DNA of 64,000 bases from a virus. Shown piece by piece: positions 43,535 through 53,460 of this stretch (positions within the stretch are counted from its first letter, which is position 1; the number at the start of each line of letters is the position of its first letter). Location: positions 68,778 to 132,777 of IMG/VR virus record IMGVR_UViG_3300010371_000028; one strand, given 5' to 3'. Both the position numbers and the translations under genes were made by a program. The notes under the pieces are model-generated. The model searched no databases, was not told where the DNA came from, and saw only the letters and a list, made by a program, of their open reading frames with translations.

Positions 43535-44102
43535 CCGCGGACCCTGGTGGGATACCGGCCGACTTGCGGAAAACGGCCACCCCGCCTACTACGCCACGAC
43601 CGAACTGCGCACCCTGCTGATCCTCGAAGTGTGGATCGACGGCGAACCGGTCACGTTCCGGGACGCGGTCGAGACGTTCATCTGGATCGAGCAGTTCGCC
43701 GATCCGGAGCGGCGCGAGTCCTACCTGACGTACTGGATCCGCAAGCAGGTCGGGATGCTCGCGGCCGACCCGGACCGGCTTGCCCGGCTGCGGCAGAAGC
43801 TGATGGTGGTCGAGCCGAAGGACCAGCACGACTACCCGCGGTGCAAGACGTCCAGCGAGAACGCGATCATGTTCGTCAGGTGTAGCCGCGAAACGATCGT
43901 CCGCGTCCCGCTCATGCCGTTCTTCGACGGCAGCGAGAGCCTGCTTCCGCCTGAGCCGACACCGCTCGGCGCCTGCCCGTGCCGGTGCCACAACATGCAG
44001 CGCCGAGCCATGGGCGGGCCGCCGCGGATGCTGCCCGCGGATCAGTACTTCCGCGAGTCGATGCTGTCCGAGGAGGAGGCGTTGCAGTATGGCTGCTACT
44101 GA
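43527..44102 (+). CDS. Hypothetical protein
   Basis: GGAGG RBS. Confidence 0.55.
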   Translation: MTDRGPWWDTGRLAENGHPAYYATTELRTLLILEVWIDGEPVTFRDAVETFIWIEQFADPERRESYLTYWIRKQVGMLAADPDRLARLRQKLMVVEPKDQHDYPRCKTSSENAIMFVRCSRETIVRVPLMPFFDGSESLLPPEPTPLGACPCRCHNMQRRAMGGPPRMLPADQYFRESMLSEEEALQYGCY

Positions 44103-44460
44103 CTTGGCGCAGCAGATCCGCGACCGTCTCGACGAGTGGACGCACTCGAACGGCGAGGCCCCGCCAGCGTTCACCGAACCGGCCGACATCAACCCGGAGC
44201 AGGCGGCCGTGATCCAAGCCGCGTGGGACATGCTCTTCAAGGCCGACCCGGGTCCGCACCGGATCGTCGTCCTGCCGCCGTCGCCATTCGACCTGATGCG
44301 CCGGGCGATCCGCGCTGTCGTCGACTACGCGGCCCCGGGCGAGCCGTTCCCTCAGGACAGCCGCGACCACGCCGAGAAGGCGATCGACGCGGAAGTCGAC
44401 GCCGTGCTCGCCCGCGTGCTCGAGCTCATCGGCGAAGGCATCGGGATCGAGGCGCCGTGA
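44089..44460 (+). CDS. Hypothetical protein
   Basis: GGAGG RBS. Confidence 0.55.
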   Translation: MAATDLAQQIRDRLDEWTHSNGEAPPAFTEPADINPEQAAVIQAAWDMLFKADPGPHRIVVLPPSPFDLMRRAIRAVVDYAAPGEPFPQDSRDHAEKAIDAEVDAVLARVLELIGEGIGIEAP

Positions 44461-45029
44461 CTCAGCCCCACGTCATTCTGCTCGATGGCCCGCTCGCCGG
44501 CCAGCGCATCAAGGCGCCACTGAAAGCCGACACATACAAGCACCGCGAGACCGGCACCGAATACCAGCTCGGCTTCACCGTCGTGTTCCGCTGCCACTTC
44601 CGCGTCGGCTGGTCCACGCCAGGCCGTGAGCCCGACGCACTGGACTGCGCACGCTGGCTCACCTCCGAGGTCGTCAAGCAGCAACTCGACGACCTGTGGC
44701 GCGGCTCCGGCGTAGGCGCGCTCACGGCAGACGCGCGGGTCGCGCGCGCCGAGTATGAGGCAAACGCCGCGATCCCGCCGCTCGAGCGACCGGTCGACCA
44801 CAAGAGCCTCGCCGAAGTCATCCGCCGGGCCGAGCGGTTCGTGCAGGCGCGTCGCAGGGCCAGGGAAAGCGCTCCCGGGTCGTACCGGGACGGGAAGGTC
44901 GCCGAGATATTCGTGCTCGACGACGGCCCCGAGGACGGAAGTGGCTTCACGCCGCTCTTGGAAGCCGACGTGGTCGGCCTGATCGCCGCAGCCCGGCTGG
45001 CGCTTGGGATCGAGGTGGCGGATGCCTGA
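44457..45029 (+). CDS. Hypothetical protein
   Basis: GTGA coupling. Confidence 0.55.
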   Translation: MTQPHVILLDGPLAGQRIKAPLKADTYKHRETGTEYQLGFTVVFRCHFRVGWSTPGREPDALDCARWLTSEVVKQQLDDLWRGSGVGALTADARVARAEYEANAAIPPLERPVDHKSLAEVIRRAERFVQARRRARESAPGSYRDGKVAEIFVLDDGPEDGSGFTPLLEADVVGLIAAARLALGIEVADA

Positions 45030-45399
45030 CGAGATGCCAACCGGCATACGCGCCTACGACCTGACCGTACCAACCCAGCCGCTCGCGCTGGCGTGGACGC
45101 CGCTGCGGTTCGACCCGGCGCAGATGGAAGCCAACGCGCGCCGTGCCGCCGCAGAGCGCCGCGAGACCGAGAAACGCATCTCCCGCGACGCCAGCCGCGC
45201 GATAGCCGGATGGCAGGCGCTGAGCGACCGGCTCGCCAACAACCCGGTCGCCACCGCCGCGCTCAGACTGCACCAGCCCCAGGCCGGACGCCAGCACGTC
45301 GTGTGTATCGAATGCCTCGAAGAGGACTACGACAGCGGTACGCCCGCACCATGGCCGTGCCGCACGTTCGAAGCGATGGAGGACGCCGCAGGTGCCTGA
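45022..45399 (+). CDS. Hypothetical protein
   Basis: C-terminal LH..CIEC..WPCRT motif typical of actinophage small proteins. Confidence 0.6.
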   Translation: MPDEMPTGIRAYDLTVPTQPLALAWTPLRFDPAQMEANARRAAAERRETEKRISRDASRAIAGWQALSDRLANNPVATAALRLHQPQAGRQHVVCIECLEEDYDSGTPAPWPCRTFEAMEDAAGA

Positions 45400-45703
45400 T
45401 TCCATCGCACCCGAGCCCGGCTGGGGCCGCGGGTTCCTCATGCAGTGCGACATCGACCCCGACGACCCGGCTGACGTCCGCGCCGCCTACGAGTCCTGCC
45501 GCACCTCCTATGCCCTGTGGCTGTGGCTGTGGCGGGGTAAGGGCGAGATCGACGACGAGGCGTACTGGATGCTCGTGGACGCGATCAAGGACCTGTACGG
45601 CTGGACGGAACTGCCGCTCGACTGGCCCGCGCCGATCCTGTTCCTCCAGGACAAGCCGTTCCGCAACCTGCTCCCGCGCATCAAGCCGACGGAGGCGACG
45701 TGA
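45392..45703 (+). CDS. Hypothetical protein
   Basis: Overlap-coupled. Confidence 0.55.
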   Translation: MPDSIAPEPGWGRGFLMQCDIDPDDPADVRAAYESCRTSYALWLWLWRGKGEIDDEAYWMLVDAIKDLYGWTELPLDWPAPILFLQDKPFRNLLPRIKPTEAT

Positions 45704-46164
45704 CCGGTCTGCCCGACGACATCCTCGCCGCGCTGGCGGCTGAGGAGACGATGCTCGCCGAGCCGTGGGCCGGGCTGCTCGACGCGTACAACCGGCCGGC
45801 TGAGCCAGTGACCCCGGCCGAGTTCGCCGCGATGGTCGAGAAGGCGATGCGGGACATGTGGAACTACCCGCCGCGTCCCAGCGAGCCGTCGCCGTGGCGC
45901 TGCGTCGTTCATCCCGGCGAGTGGGTCGATGCAGCAGGGTGCCCGGCGTGCTGCCGTATCGGACGCCAGCGTGCCGACCGCCGCGACTGGATCGAGTCTG
46001 TGCGCGAACGTCTCCAGTCCGCCGTCTACGCCGCGTCCAACGGCTACGTGTGGTCGTGGACCGCGCCGGGGGTGTTCGGCGTCCCAGGACTGCCCGAGAC
46101 GCTCCAGGTGCGGCACGAGGGCCAGCCGTGGCGGCCGACCGACGGCAAGGAGGTAGCCCGGTGA
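45700..46164 (+). CDS. Hypothetical protein
   Basis: GGAGG RBS, GTGA coupling. Confidence 0.55.
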   Translation: MTGLPDDILAALAAEETMLAEPWAGLLDAYNRPAEPVTPAEFAAMVEKAMRDMWNYPPRPSEPSPWRCVVHPGEWVDAAGCPACCRIGRQRADRRDWIESVRERLQSAVYAASNGYVWSWTAPGVFGVPGLPETLQVRHEGQPWRPTDGKEVAR

Positions 46165-46586
46165 CTGACTGCGAGGAATTCGACGTCCAGCTCCGGGCGT
46201 GGCTGGCCGAGGACCGCAGCCTCGCGCAGGACGCCGAGTACGCGTTCATGTACTTCGACACGGACGACGACAGCGCCGTTGCCTACTATCGGCGCCAGGA
46301 CCCGATCCGGGTTCTCGCGGACATCGCCGGGAAGGTCGCGCTCCTCGACCATGTTGCGTCGTGGCCGCACGAGTATGTGGACGGCGACACCTGGTTCTCG
46401 TGCTCGCAGGCCACCGGTTCTCACGACGCAGACGAGGTGCCCGGGTCCGGGTGTGCGGACGAGAAGCGCGCGGGTAAGCCATGCGACTGCGGGCTCGACG
46501 GGCGCCGGATCGCGGTCCTGAAGTGCGTCGCCGCCGGGTACGTCGAACGGCCCGAATTCAAGCCTGCCTGGAGGATCGATGCCTGA
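46161..46586 (+). CDS. DUF6221-like phage protein (second copy)
   Basis: LRAWLAED...DPIRVLADIAGKVALL...AAGYVERPEFKPAW. Confidence 0.65.
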   Translation: MTDCEEFDVQLRAWLAEDRSLAQDAEYAFMYFDTDDDSAVAYYRRQDPIRVLADIAGKVALLDHVASWPHEYVDGDTWFSCSQATGSHDADEVPGSGCADEKRAGKPCDCGLDGRRIAVLKCVAAGYVERPEFKPAWRIDA

Positions 46587-47433
46587 CCAGTTCCCCGAGC
46601 GCGACGGCTACCCGCCCATGCCGGTAGACGGTGGCTTCGAGGCGCTGCAGGAGTACGCGTGCGTCAGCTTCTACGCGGAGATGCTGCGCGCCGAGGAGGA
46701 CGCCGACGAGAAAGCGTTCGGCATTCCGGTACCGCGGAAGTCGCCGGCTGAGCATTGGGCGCTGGCGCAGCGGATCCACCGCGAGTCGATGGACGCGAAG
46801 GCGCTGCGGGAGCGGCGCGACACGAACGCCGCTGAGCGGGCCGCCGCGGATCCGCGACTGGCCCTCGCCGAGGAACGCTTCAACGCGGCGAAGGAGGCGT
46901 GCCGCACGGGCCACGATGCGGGCTGTACGTACGGCGGGATGTCCTATCAGAACGGCTACTGGCTCGCCCTCGAGGAATGCGACCTCAACCACGGCAGCCT
47001 GTGCGATCTGCGGGTGGCGTGTGACGGCGCGGAGGCTGCGACGGGGTTCGCGGGCCGGGCGGAGGACGGTTCGCTGTGGGGCTGGATCTGGTCGGTCGCG
47101 GTCTGCCAGCCGTGCGCCGACCTGTATGTGACGTTGCGGCCCGAGTGGACGCGCCCCACGCCCGAAGAGAAAGCCGAGCGGGACCGGGAAGCGGAAGCGC
47201 TGCTCGCCGAGATGCACGCCAGCGCGGGCACGGCTGAACACGGCGAGACACGGCTGAACGAGGCTGAACACAGCAGGCTCTCACCGGACATCGCCGAGCA
47301 AGTCGGCGCCGCGGCCGAAGCCACCGGGCACATGCAGCCGATGCTGGGATTCGCCGCGCTGTTCGGCGAGCCGGTTCGGCTCATCCCCACGGTCACGCCG
47401 TTCCGGGACGCGCCGAGAAGGAGGCGGCGGTGA
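46579..47433 (+). CDS. Hypothetical protein
   Basis: GGAGG RBS. Confidence 0.55.
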   Translation: MPDQFPERDGYPPMPVDGGFEALQEYACVSFYAEMLRAEEDADEKAFGIPVPRKSPAEHWALAQRIHRESMDAKALRERRDTNAAERAAADPRLALAEERFNAAKEACRTGHDAGCTYGGMSYQNGYWLALEECDLNHGSLCDLRVACDGAEAATGFAGRAEDGSLWGWIWSVAVCQPCADLYVTLRPEWTRPTPEEKAERDREAEALLAEMHASAGTAEHGETRLNEAEHSRLSPDIAEQVGAAAEATGHMQPMLGFAALFGEPVRLIPTVTPFRDAPRRRRR

Positions 47434-48155
47434 GCGACGGCGAGTTCGAGCAATGCGTCCGCTGCCTTCACGTACGGCCGATCGCAGAACTGTACCGGCC
47501 CAAGGGCAGTCTCGTCCGGGACATGAACCCGCCGATCTACGAATGGCAGTGCGTGGACTACGAGCGCTGCTCGGCGGCCGTGATCTGCGGCCACTGCGAC
47601 CGCCCGATCACGCAGGCATCCCGCGGTATCGCTGCGGACGGCACGGTTCTCTGCCACACCGGAACGCTCCCGCCCGGCAACGAACCGCAGGACTGCTACA
47701 GGCTCGTGACTCAGTACTCCCACGCCGCTGATGGCTCCTGCTGCCGCGACCAGCCCAAGCCGCCCTGGAAGTCGTTCGCGGACACACCGGACGACTTCGC
47801 CGGCTGTTCCCGCAGTGGCTGCCGACGGACTGGCGTGCACTCCCTGAAGTATGGCGAGTGCGAGTACGGGCAACGGCCGTCGCCCGAGTTCGGGTTCTGG
47901 CGCACGTTCACCGCGGAGGACGGCTACCCGTCGATCGGCATGGCGTCGATCCCGCTGCTCGCTGTGTTGCCGTGGGCCAAGAATCTGACCGTGGGCGAGC
48001 AGGACCGGATGCTTGAGGCGACCGCAGACAGCCACGACCCGGCTGAGATGGTCGAACGCTGGCGTCAGTACGCCGAAGCGAAGGACGGCGGCGAAGAGTG
48101 GGCGCGCGTCGTGGGCCTGGAACTCGGGATACCCGGCATTGAGGCGGCACCATGA
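47430..48155 (+). CDS. Cys-rich hypothetical protein
   Basis: Multiple CxxC; GTGA coupling. Confidence 0.55.
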   Translation: MSDGEFEQCVRCLHVRPIAELYRPKGSLVRDMNPPIYEWQCVDYERCSAAVICGHCDRPITQASRGIAADGTVLCHTGTLPPGNEPQDCYRLVTQYSHAADGSCCRDQPKPPWKSFADTPDDFAGCSRSGCRRTGVHSLKYGECEYGQRPSPEFGFWRTFTAEDGYPSIGMASIPLLAVLPWAKNLTVGEQDRMLEATADSHDPAEMVERWRQYAEAKDGGEEWARVVGLELGIPGIEAAP

Positions 48156-48421
48156 AGACCCTGAAACGCAGCCGCGGCCGCGACGAACCGTGGCCGCGCC
48201 CGGGCGACCGTCGCCGTATCGACGGCACCCGGTACCTGCTGACGCACATATCGTTCTCGGACGACGACTGGGGGAGCAGGCTCGGCCTGGAGTACGTGGA
48301 AGAGAAGCCGTACCTGGCCGCGCAGATGGTGCCGCGGGCGCCGTGGTGGAGGCGGGCGCTCGACTGGCCGCGCCGGGCCTTGAGGACGGGCCGGAACAGC
48401 GAAGCGGCCCCGGATCGGTGA
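48152..48421 (+). CDS. Hypothetical protein
   Basis: ATGA coupling; last gene of rightward arm. Confidence 0.5.
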   Translation: MKTLKRSRGRDEPWPRPGDRRRIDGTRYLLTHISFSDDDWGSRLGLEYVEEKPYLAAQMVPRAPWWRRALDWPRRALRTGRNSEAAPDR

Positions 48422-48473
48422 TCGACGGGGCCGCTCGCGGAGCCCGAGGCTCCCCTTACTGGCGTGCGCCAGC

Positions 48474-48677
48474 CTAGCCGATCACGCGCACGTCGGCCGC
48501 CTGCGGGCCCTTGGCTCCCTGTGTGGTCGAAAACTCCACGCGCTGCCCCTCTTCGAGGCTGCGGTAGCCGTCGCCGACCACTGCCGAGTAATGGACGAAG
48601 ACGTCCGGGCCGCCGCCGTCGACCGTGATGAAGCCGAAGCCCTTCTCGCCGAACCACTTCACTGAACCTGTTGCCAC
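48474..48677 (-). CDS. cspA: Cold-shock protein (CspA family)
   Basis: [12 protein letters not shown]1 KGFGFI, RNP2 VFVHYS, GPQAADV. Confidence 0.93.
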   Translation of the reverse strand: MATGSVKWFGEKGFGFITVDGGGPDVFVHYSAVVGDGYRSLEEGQRVEFSTTQGAKGPQAADVRVIG

Positions 48678-48747
48678 TGCTTTGCCCGTTCTCTACGAAA
48701 AGTCTGACGTAGATCAGTGTGACACCGCGTGAGCGTTTCGCACCAGC

Positions 48748-49212
48748 CTAGATCCCGGTCGACCCCGTGAACGGTGACCGTGGCCACGGGTGCAGCGCCA
48801 GCCACATCTTCCGCTCGTGTTCCTGGCGCGCCTCTTCCTCCATCTCGACGCGCAGCCGCTCCATGTCGACGGCGGCTTGTTCGCGCATCGCCGTCAGCAT
48901 CTCGGCCCGGCCGGCTTCGAGCATCCGCTCCGTGTCGGCTTCCACGGCCGCCTCGGACGCCATCAGGTACGCCTGATCCGGTTCCAGCCACGCGTGCCCG
49001 ACCACGGTCACCGCATGCCCCAGCCCGGCCGCCCGGACCGCCGCCTCGAACTCTGCGACCCGCTCGGTCGGCACGACCAGCCGTTTCTTGTGCCGTTCGA
49101 ACGAGGCGAGGAGCGCGCTGAGATCCTCGGGCGTCGCGGGCGGCTGCTGCGTGTACCCGGCGCCCTCGGCCAAGTCCTCGAAGACCAACCGGTCGAAGCC
49201 GTCGTCAGCCAC
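48748..49212 (-). CDS. Hypothetical protein
   Basis: ORF track; overlap-coupled. Confidence 0.55.
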   Translation of the reverse strand: MADDGFDRLVFEDLAEGAGYTQQPPATPEDLSALLASFERHKKRLVVPTERVAEFEAAVRAAGLGHAVTVVGHAWLEPDQAYLMASEAAVEADTERMLEAGRAEMLTAMREQAAVDMERLRVEMEEEARQEHERKMWLALHPWPRSPFTGSTGI

Positions 49213-49546
49213 CGTCGATCTCCTTGCCGTCCCGCCCGAACCTGTGCCCGCACGGCTCGCACCGGTACGCGGCCGGGCCTACGCCAACCACCTGGAACGT
49301 GACCGTATCGCCGTCGCCGATGCCCTTGAACGGGACCAACGTCGCGCCCTCCACCACGACCGCTGTCGCCGGCTCAAGGCACGCCGGGCACGTCCTGCCC
49401 GCATCCTCGGCGAAGTCAACGCGCATGTCGTGGCGTGGCGGCTCAGCGAGGCCCATCAGCCCGGCGAACGCCTCCGGGTCGTCGAGCGTGAAGTCGAACG
49501 TGCCGGACACCTCAAGGGAACCGGCGCCGAAGAAGGACTCACTCAT
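49205..49546 (-). CDS. Hypothetical protein with Zn ribbon
   Basis: CPAC...CEPCGH. Confidence 0.55.
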   Translation of the reverse strand: MSESFFGAGSLEVSGTFDFTLDDPEAFAGLMGLAEPPRHDMRVDFAEDAGRTCPACLEPATAVVVEGATLVPFKGIGDGDTVTFQVVGVGPAAYRCEPCGHRFGRDGKEIDGG

Positions 49547-50040
49547 CGGCGGTACAGCCCCACGTTCACGTAACTGTCGGGGTCCGAGCACCACTGGTCG
49601 TACGCGTAGTCCTGGTCCGATGGGCGCTGCCACCGGTCGTCCATGAACTCGTAGATCCCTGCCGGGGCGCCTGACTTCACCTGCGCCGCGAGCACCCACG
49701 CGGCGTCGAAGTCGCCGTGCCATGAGAAACAGTCGTCGGCGCGGTCGCCCCAATAAGCCAGGTCCCTGCCCTTGCCGCCGAACTCCGTATAGCCGAAGCC
49801 CGGATTGTCGCGGTGCGATTCGACGAGCAGGATCTCTCCGAGTTCGAACGGCCAGTCGCGGCCCGGGTCGAACGCGGGCTCGCAGCCGTCGTTCGGGTCG
49901 GGCCGGTAGTCGGCCACGATGACCCAGATGGAGAGCGAGTCGAGGTTCACGGTCCGGCAGCCGGCCGCGATGAACAGGGCTTCAGCGGCGGTGAGGGTTC
50001 TGCTTGCGACGAGCGCGGGGCGCGTGTCGATGGTCGTCAT
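49543..50040 (-). CDS. Hypothetical protein
   Basis: ATG 50040; GC3-rich. Confidence 0.55.
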   Translation of the reverse strand: MTTIDTRPALVASRTLTAAEALFIAAGCRTVNLDSLSIWVIVADYRPDPNDGCEPAFDPGRDWPFELGEILLVESHRDNPGFGYTEFGGKGRDLAYWGDRADDCFSWHGDFDAAWVLAAQVKSGAPAGIYEFMDDRWQRPSDQDYAYDQWCSDPDSYVNVGLYRR

Positions 50041-50230
50041 GCCCACCAGTGTCCACCAAAAGAGGCATCGGCTGACGTAGCACCAGTTGCGGTGAACAGC
50101 CTGATTTGCCGGGCGCGGGGTGAGATCATAGAACGAACGAGCGGGCCCGATCCGTGAGGACCAGGCCCGCTCGAAGACCAGCGAGTTCTCAGCTCGCCGA
50201 TCAATCTCCCGCTGAAGGAGCACTTCAAAC

Positions 50231-51055
50231 ATGACCGTAGCAGCAGCAGCCGTCGATGGTGCACCAGAAGCCAAGAACAGCTTCGTCTACGTCATCGGCC
50301 ACGACGGCAGCAACGTCGTGAAGATCGGAAAGGCAGATGACCCCGTCTTCCGTCTCGGCACCATCCAGCGCATGTCGCCGGTCAAACTCGAGGAGCGCGC
50401 CCGATTCGACGGTGGTTACAGGCTTGAGACGGCACTCCACCGCAAGTTCAAACACCTCCGCATCCACGGTGAATGGTTCGATTTCGGAGGCCTTGACCCG
50501 CTAGCCGAAGTCAAGCGCGCTGTCGACGACATCCAGGCCGAGTGGGACGTAGAAAGCTACGAGACCTTCGAGGCCGAGTTTGAAGCCAGATCCCGCGCGG
50601 ACGTCTTCCTCATCGAGGGACGCCTTCGCGTCATGCCGGACCGGAACGACGGCGGGTGGCGGTGCGTTGGCCGCAGCAACACGACCGGCGAGAGGCGACA
50701 CTTCAGCAAGGGCAGATGCCTCAACGACTTCGACGTCCGCCATGGCGACGACGTGGCAGCAGCGTTGTGGGTAATCCCTGGTCTCGGCATCGTTGACGGC
50801 TGGGATCTCGACGCCGGGGACGAGAAGATCCGCGAACGAGCACTGGGCCAGCTATGTCTTCGCCACTTTGAGACGCCCGTTGAATGCGCCGAACCTTGGG
50901 CGATCCGCCTCCCGTCCTGGGAGATCTTCGATCCGAGACGGCATGCCCATCTGATCAGGCGATTTGGTCGGGGGGCTGGTCCAGCAGTGGCGCCGGGCTT
51001 CAAGAGTCTCGAGGGCGAGGTCTACCAGTACGTGCTGGGCAACCTCCGGCGGTGA
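50231..51055 (+). CDS. T5orf172/MUG113 (GIY-YIG-like) domain protein
   Basis: FVYVIG...VKIG.ADDP..RL..IQ...SP...LETALH.KF..LRIHGEWF. Confidence 0.85.
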   Translation: MTVAAAAVDGAPEAKNSFVYVIGHDGSNVVKIGKADDPVFRLGTIQRMSPVKLEERARFDGGYRLETALHRKFKHLRIHGEWFDFGGLDPLAEVKRAVDDIQAEWDVESYETFEAEFEARSRADVFLIEGRLRVMPDRNDGGWRCVGRSNTTGERRHFSKGRCLNDFDVRHGDDVAAALWVIPGLGIVDGWDLDAGDEKIRERALGQLCLRHFETPVECAEPWAIRLPSWEIFDPRRHAHLIRRFGRGAGPAVAPGFKSLEGEVYQYVLGNLRR

Positions 51056-51213
51056 AGGCGTTCCTGTGCACCTCGGCGAGCGGAGTATGGCACGAGTGCC
51101 TGACGGACCCGCTCGACGCCGTAGACGACGCGTAGGAGGCCAAAGCGAACGGCCCCGAGCCGAAGCCCGGGGCCGCCGCTGGCCGGTCGGTGGTTGGTGC
51201 CATAGCGATGCTC

Positions 51214-51597
51214 TCAGGCGTGGTCGTAGGGCGCGCATTCCACGCGGCCGAGCGCGTGCGCCCAGTAGGTGCCGCCCTTGGGGGCACCGTAGACATTGAT
51301 CGTTGAACCACAGGTGCAGCGCGCGGCCGACGAGGTGTACTGGTGCTCGACGGTGGCGTGGATCAAGTCGGCGCACGCGGGGGCGTCCTGGAACATGCGC
51401 GGGCCGGCGACCGACTCGATGGCGTAGGGGTTGACGTCGTCGTAGCGGATGATGTTGCGACCGGTGCGCGGGTTGACGTGCCAGCTGTAGCCGCTGGCCT
51501 CGTAGTAGCGGGCGCGGCCGGGGAGGTAGTGCAGGTCCTCGTCGGCAACGATCTCGAAGGCGGTGAACGTCTGGCCTGCGGCCTTCATGGTGGTCAT
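51214..51597 (-). CDS. Hypothetical protein
   Basis: GAGGGAG RBS; downstream of promoter. Confidence 0.65.
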   Translation of the reverse strand: MTTMKAAGQTFTAFEIVADEDLHYLPGRARYYEASGYSWHVNPRTGRNIIRYDDVNPYAIESVAGPRMFQDAPACADLIHATVEHQYTSSAARCTCGSTINVYGAPKGGTYWAHALGRVECAPYDHA

Positions 51598-51648
51598 AGT
51601 CGGCTCCCTCGGCTTGATACTTAGTAGTCACTCCGTGCTCTAGGTACG

Positions 51649-51677
51649 AGATTACGGCCCGCGCTATACCTTGTCAA
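51649..51677 (-). promoter_or_regulatory. Sigma70-type promoter
   Basis: TTGACA-17 bp-TAATCT on minus strand. Confidence 0.65.
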
Positions 51678-51700
51678 CACTCCATGCGTAAGGAATACTC

Positions 51701-51961
51701 GTGAGCATGGACAAACTGCTCACCACCGCCGACGTGGCGAACCTCCTCGGCGTGAAGCCCGCGACGATCCGCCTCTACCGCACGTCGTCACGCCCCGGAG
51801 GCCGATACGAGCAGCACCCCTTCCCCGAGCCCGATAGCCATGTGGGCATCAACCCGGTATGGCTCGCAGGGCGGGAGGAAGAGATCCTCAAGTGGGCAAT
51901 GACGCGGATCGGCAAGGGCGTGGGCGGCGGCAAGCCGGCGCACAAGACGGCCACCGAGTAG
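51701..51961 (+). CDS. AlpA/MerR-like HTH protein (paralog B)
   Basis: LTTADVANLLGVKPATIRLYR...PGGRYEQHPFPEPD...GKGVGGGKPAHK. Confidence 0.8.
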   Translation: MSMDKLLTTADVANLLGVKPATIRLYRTSSRPGGRYEQHPFPEPDSHVGINPVWLAGREEEILKWAMTRIGKGVGGGKPAHKTATE

Positions 51962-52266
51962 CCCAGTCGTTGCGATGCTTCCGCCGCGCCCGTTACCACG
52001 CCCTGCTACCGTGGAACCGCTCCCCAAGAAAGACCGAGTGGCGAGAAGAGACCTGTCTACCTCGCCCGCAAGCCTTGTCGATAGCAGCGCAGAAACTGCC
52101 GTAGACGTCGAGGCCCGTAGTACCTGGAACAGGGTGCGGGGAGCGCTCAAAGCTCGACGCGCCTCGTACGCTGCATTCGTGCCTTCGGCCAGGCGCGCGA
52201 GAAGGCCCCGCCCGCGGTCCAACCGGGAGGGGCCGTCTCGTTGCACGGATCGGCGGCGGCCGGAGA

Positions 52267-52515
52267 CTACCTGCCGACAGCCGCAGCGGTCGCCTGGAAC
52301 AGCCCCGGGTGGTCGGCTGGCCAGAACGGCTTGCCATCGAGCCCGTGGCGTTCCGCGTAGTCCGCGAAGCCGGGAAGGAGCGCTGCGGTCAGCTCCGCCA
52401 GCAACGACGGGATGCCGCACGAGCAGCCGTTCGCACAGAGATCCCCGTGAATCTGCCGGCGGTCCAAGAACGCCGCTGCGAGAGACTCGGCGAGGCCCTT
52501 CGACAACTGATCCAC
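52267..52515 (-). CDS. Hypothetical protein
   Basis: ORF track; weak support. Confidence 0.35.
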   Translation of the reverse strand: MDQLSKGLAESLAAAFLDRRQIHGDLCANGCSCGIPSLLAELTAALLPGFADYAERHGLDGKPFWPADHPGLFQATAAAVGR

Positions 52516-52698
52516 GGGTAGGTTCTATCGCAGATCGCTCCGATTCGGCGGAAACGCAACGCAATCGCAGCCACCGCGCTACCGTGGATACAGCGGCCCT
52601 GACTCTCCCCCCGGTCGGGCCCGCCACCGCACAACCCCGCTGACCACTCGCGGGACCGCCGCCCCGGCCGTCGTGCTCGGCCCGGGGCGGTCGTGCGT

Positions 52699-53460
52699 TC
52701 AGCGCGCCGCCACCTCGTCAGGCGCGGGACGCTTCTTCCCGGTCAGCAGCATGCTTAACGCGCCACGCGTATAGCCCACCTCGGCAGCGAGCGCGGTCAC
52801 GGACTCGCCGGAATGCCGCCGCGCACTCAACTCGGCGACCTGCGACACGGTCAGGCACTTACGCCCGAAGTTGTCCGTCCCGGCCCGGGAGAACAAGCGC
52901 CGGTCCGGTGGCATCTGGCGTGGGGTCTCGTGCTCGTGCCACAGCTCGCGCACGGACGCGCGGGCCTTGCTCAGCCGGGACGCGTAACCGCTCTGCGTCA
53001 GCCCGAGTGCTGCAGCGGCCGTGTCATGGTCGTCCGTGGCGGCCAGGACCCGCAGCACCTGCTGGTGATGCTCGGCGACGGACGGCCAGATCTGTGCGAG
53101 GGCGACCCGGGCGGTGACGCGCTCGTCGAACGGCTCCCGGTCCACGCCGCGCCAGAACACCTGGAAGCGACCCATCCCGCCCGCGCCGGCACCGTAGTCG
53201 TTGCTGTCCCAGCCGGCGTGGTGCATCTCGGCGCGTACGTAGAGGTCCACGGCGGTGGTCGCTGCCCGCAGCAGGTCCGGGCGGGTTGGCTGTTCCTCGG
53301 CGGTGAGGACGTGTTCGACGATCGCGTGCCACATCACCGCGTACCTCTCGTCCGCGTCTGCCGCGGTGTGCCAGCGGGATGTGGCGAACGCGGTCCGGGT
53401 GAGGCGTTCGATGTCTGCGAGGGTGTAGCCGTGGCGGATCTCGTCTCGGTCCGCGTTCAC
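52699..53460 (-). CDS. Sigma-factor-like / tandem HTH DNA-binding protein
   Basis: Region-4-like AAAALGLTQSGYASRLSKAR and second HTH SVTALAAEVGYTRGALSMLL. Confidence 0.55.
   Translation of the reverse strand: MNADRDEIRHGYTLADIERLTRTAFATSRWHTAADADERYAVMWHAIVEHVLTAEEQPTRPDLLRAATTAVDLYVRAEMHHAGWDSNDYGAGAGGMGRFQVFWRGVDREPFDERVTARVALAQIWPSVAEHHQQVLRVLAATDDHDTAAAALGLTQSGYASRLSKARASVRELWHEHETPRQMPPDRRLFSRAGTDNFGRKCLTVSQVAELSARRHSGESVTALAAEVGYTRGALSMLLTGKKRPAPDEVAAR

Noticed and set aside
51975-52260. Coding assignment of the stretch after HTH paralog B
   Set aside because: No frame has a convincing RBS, codon pattern or motif
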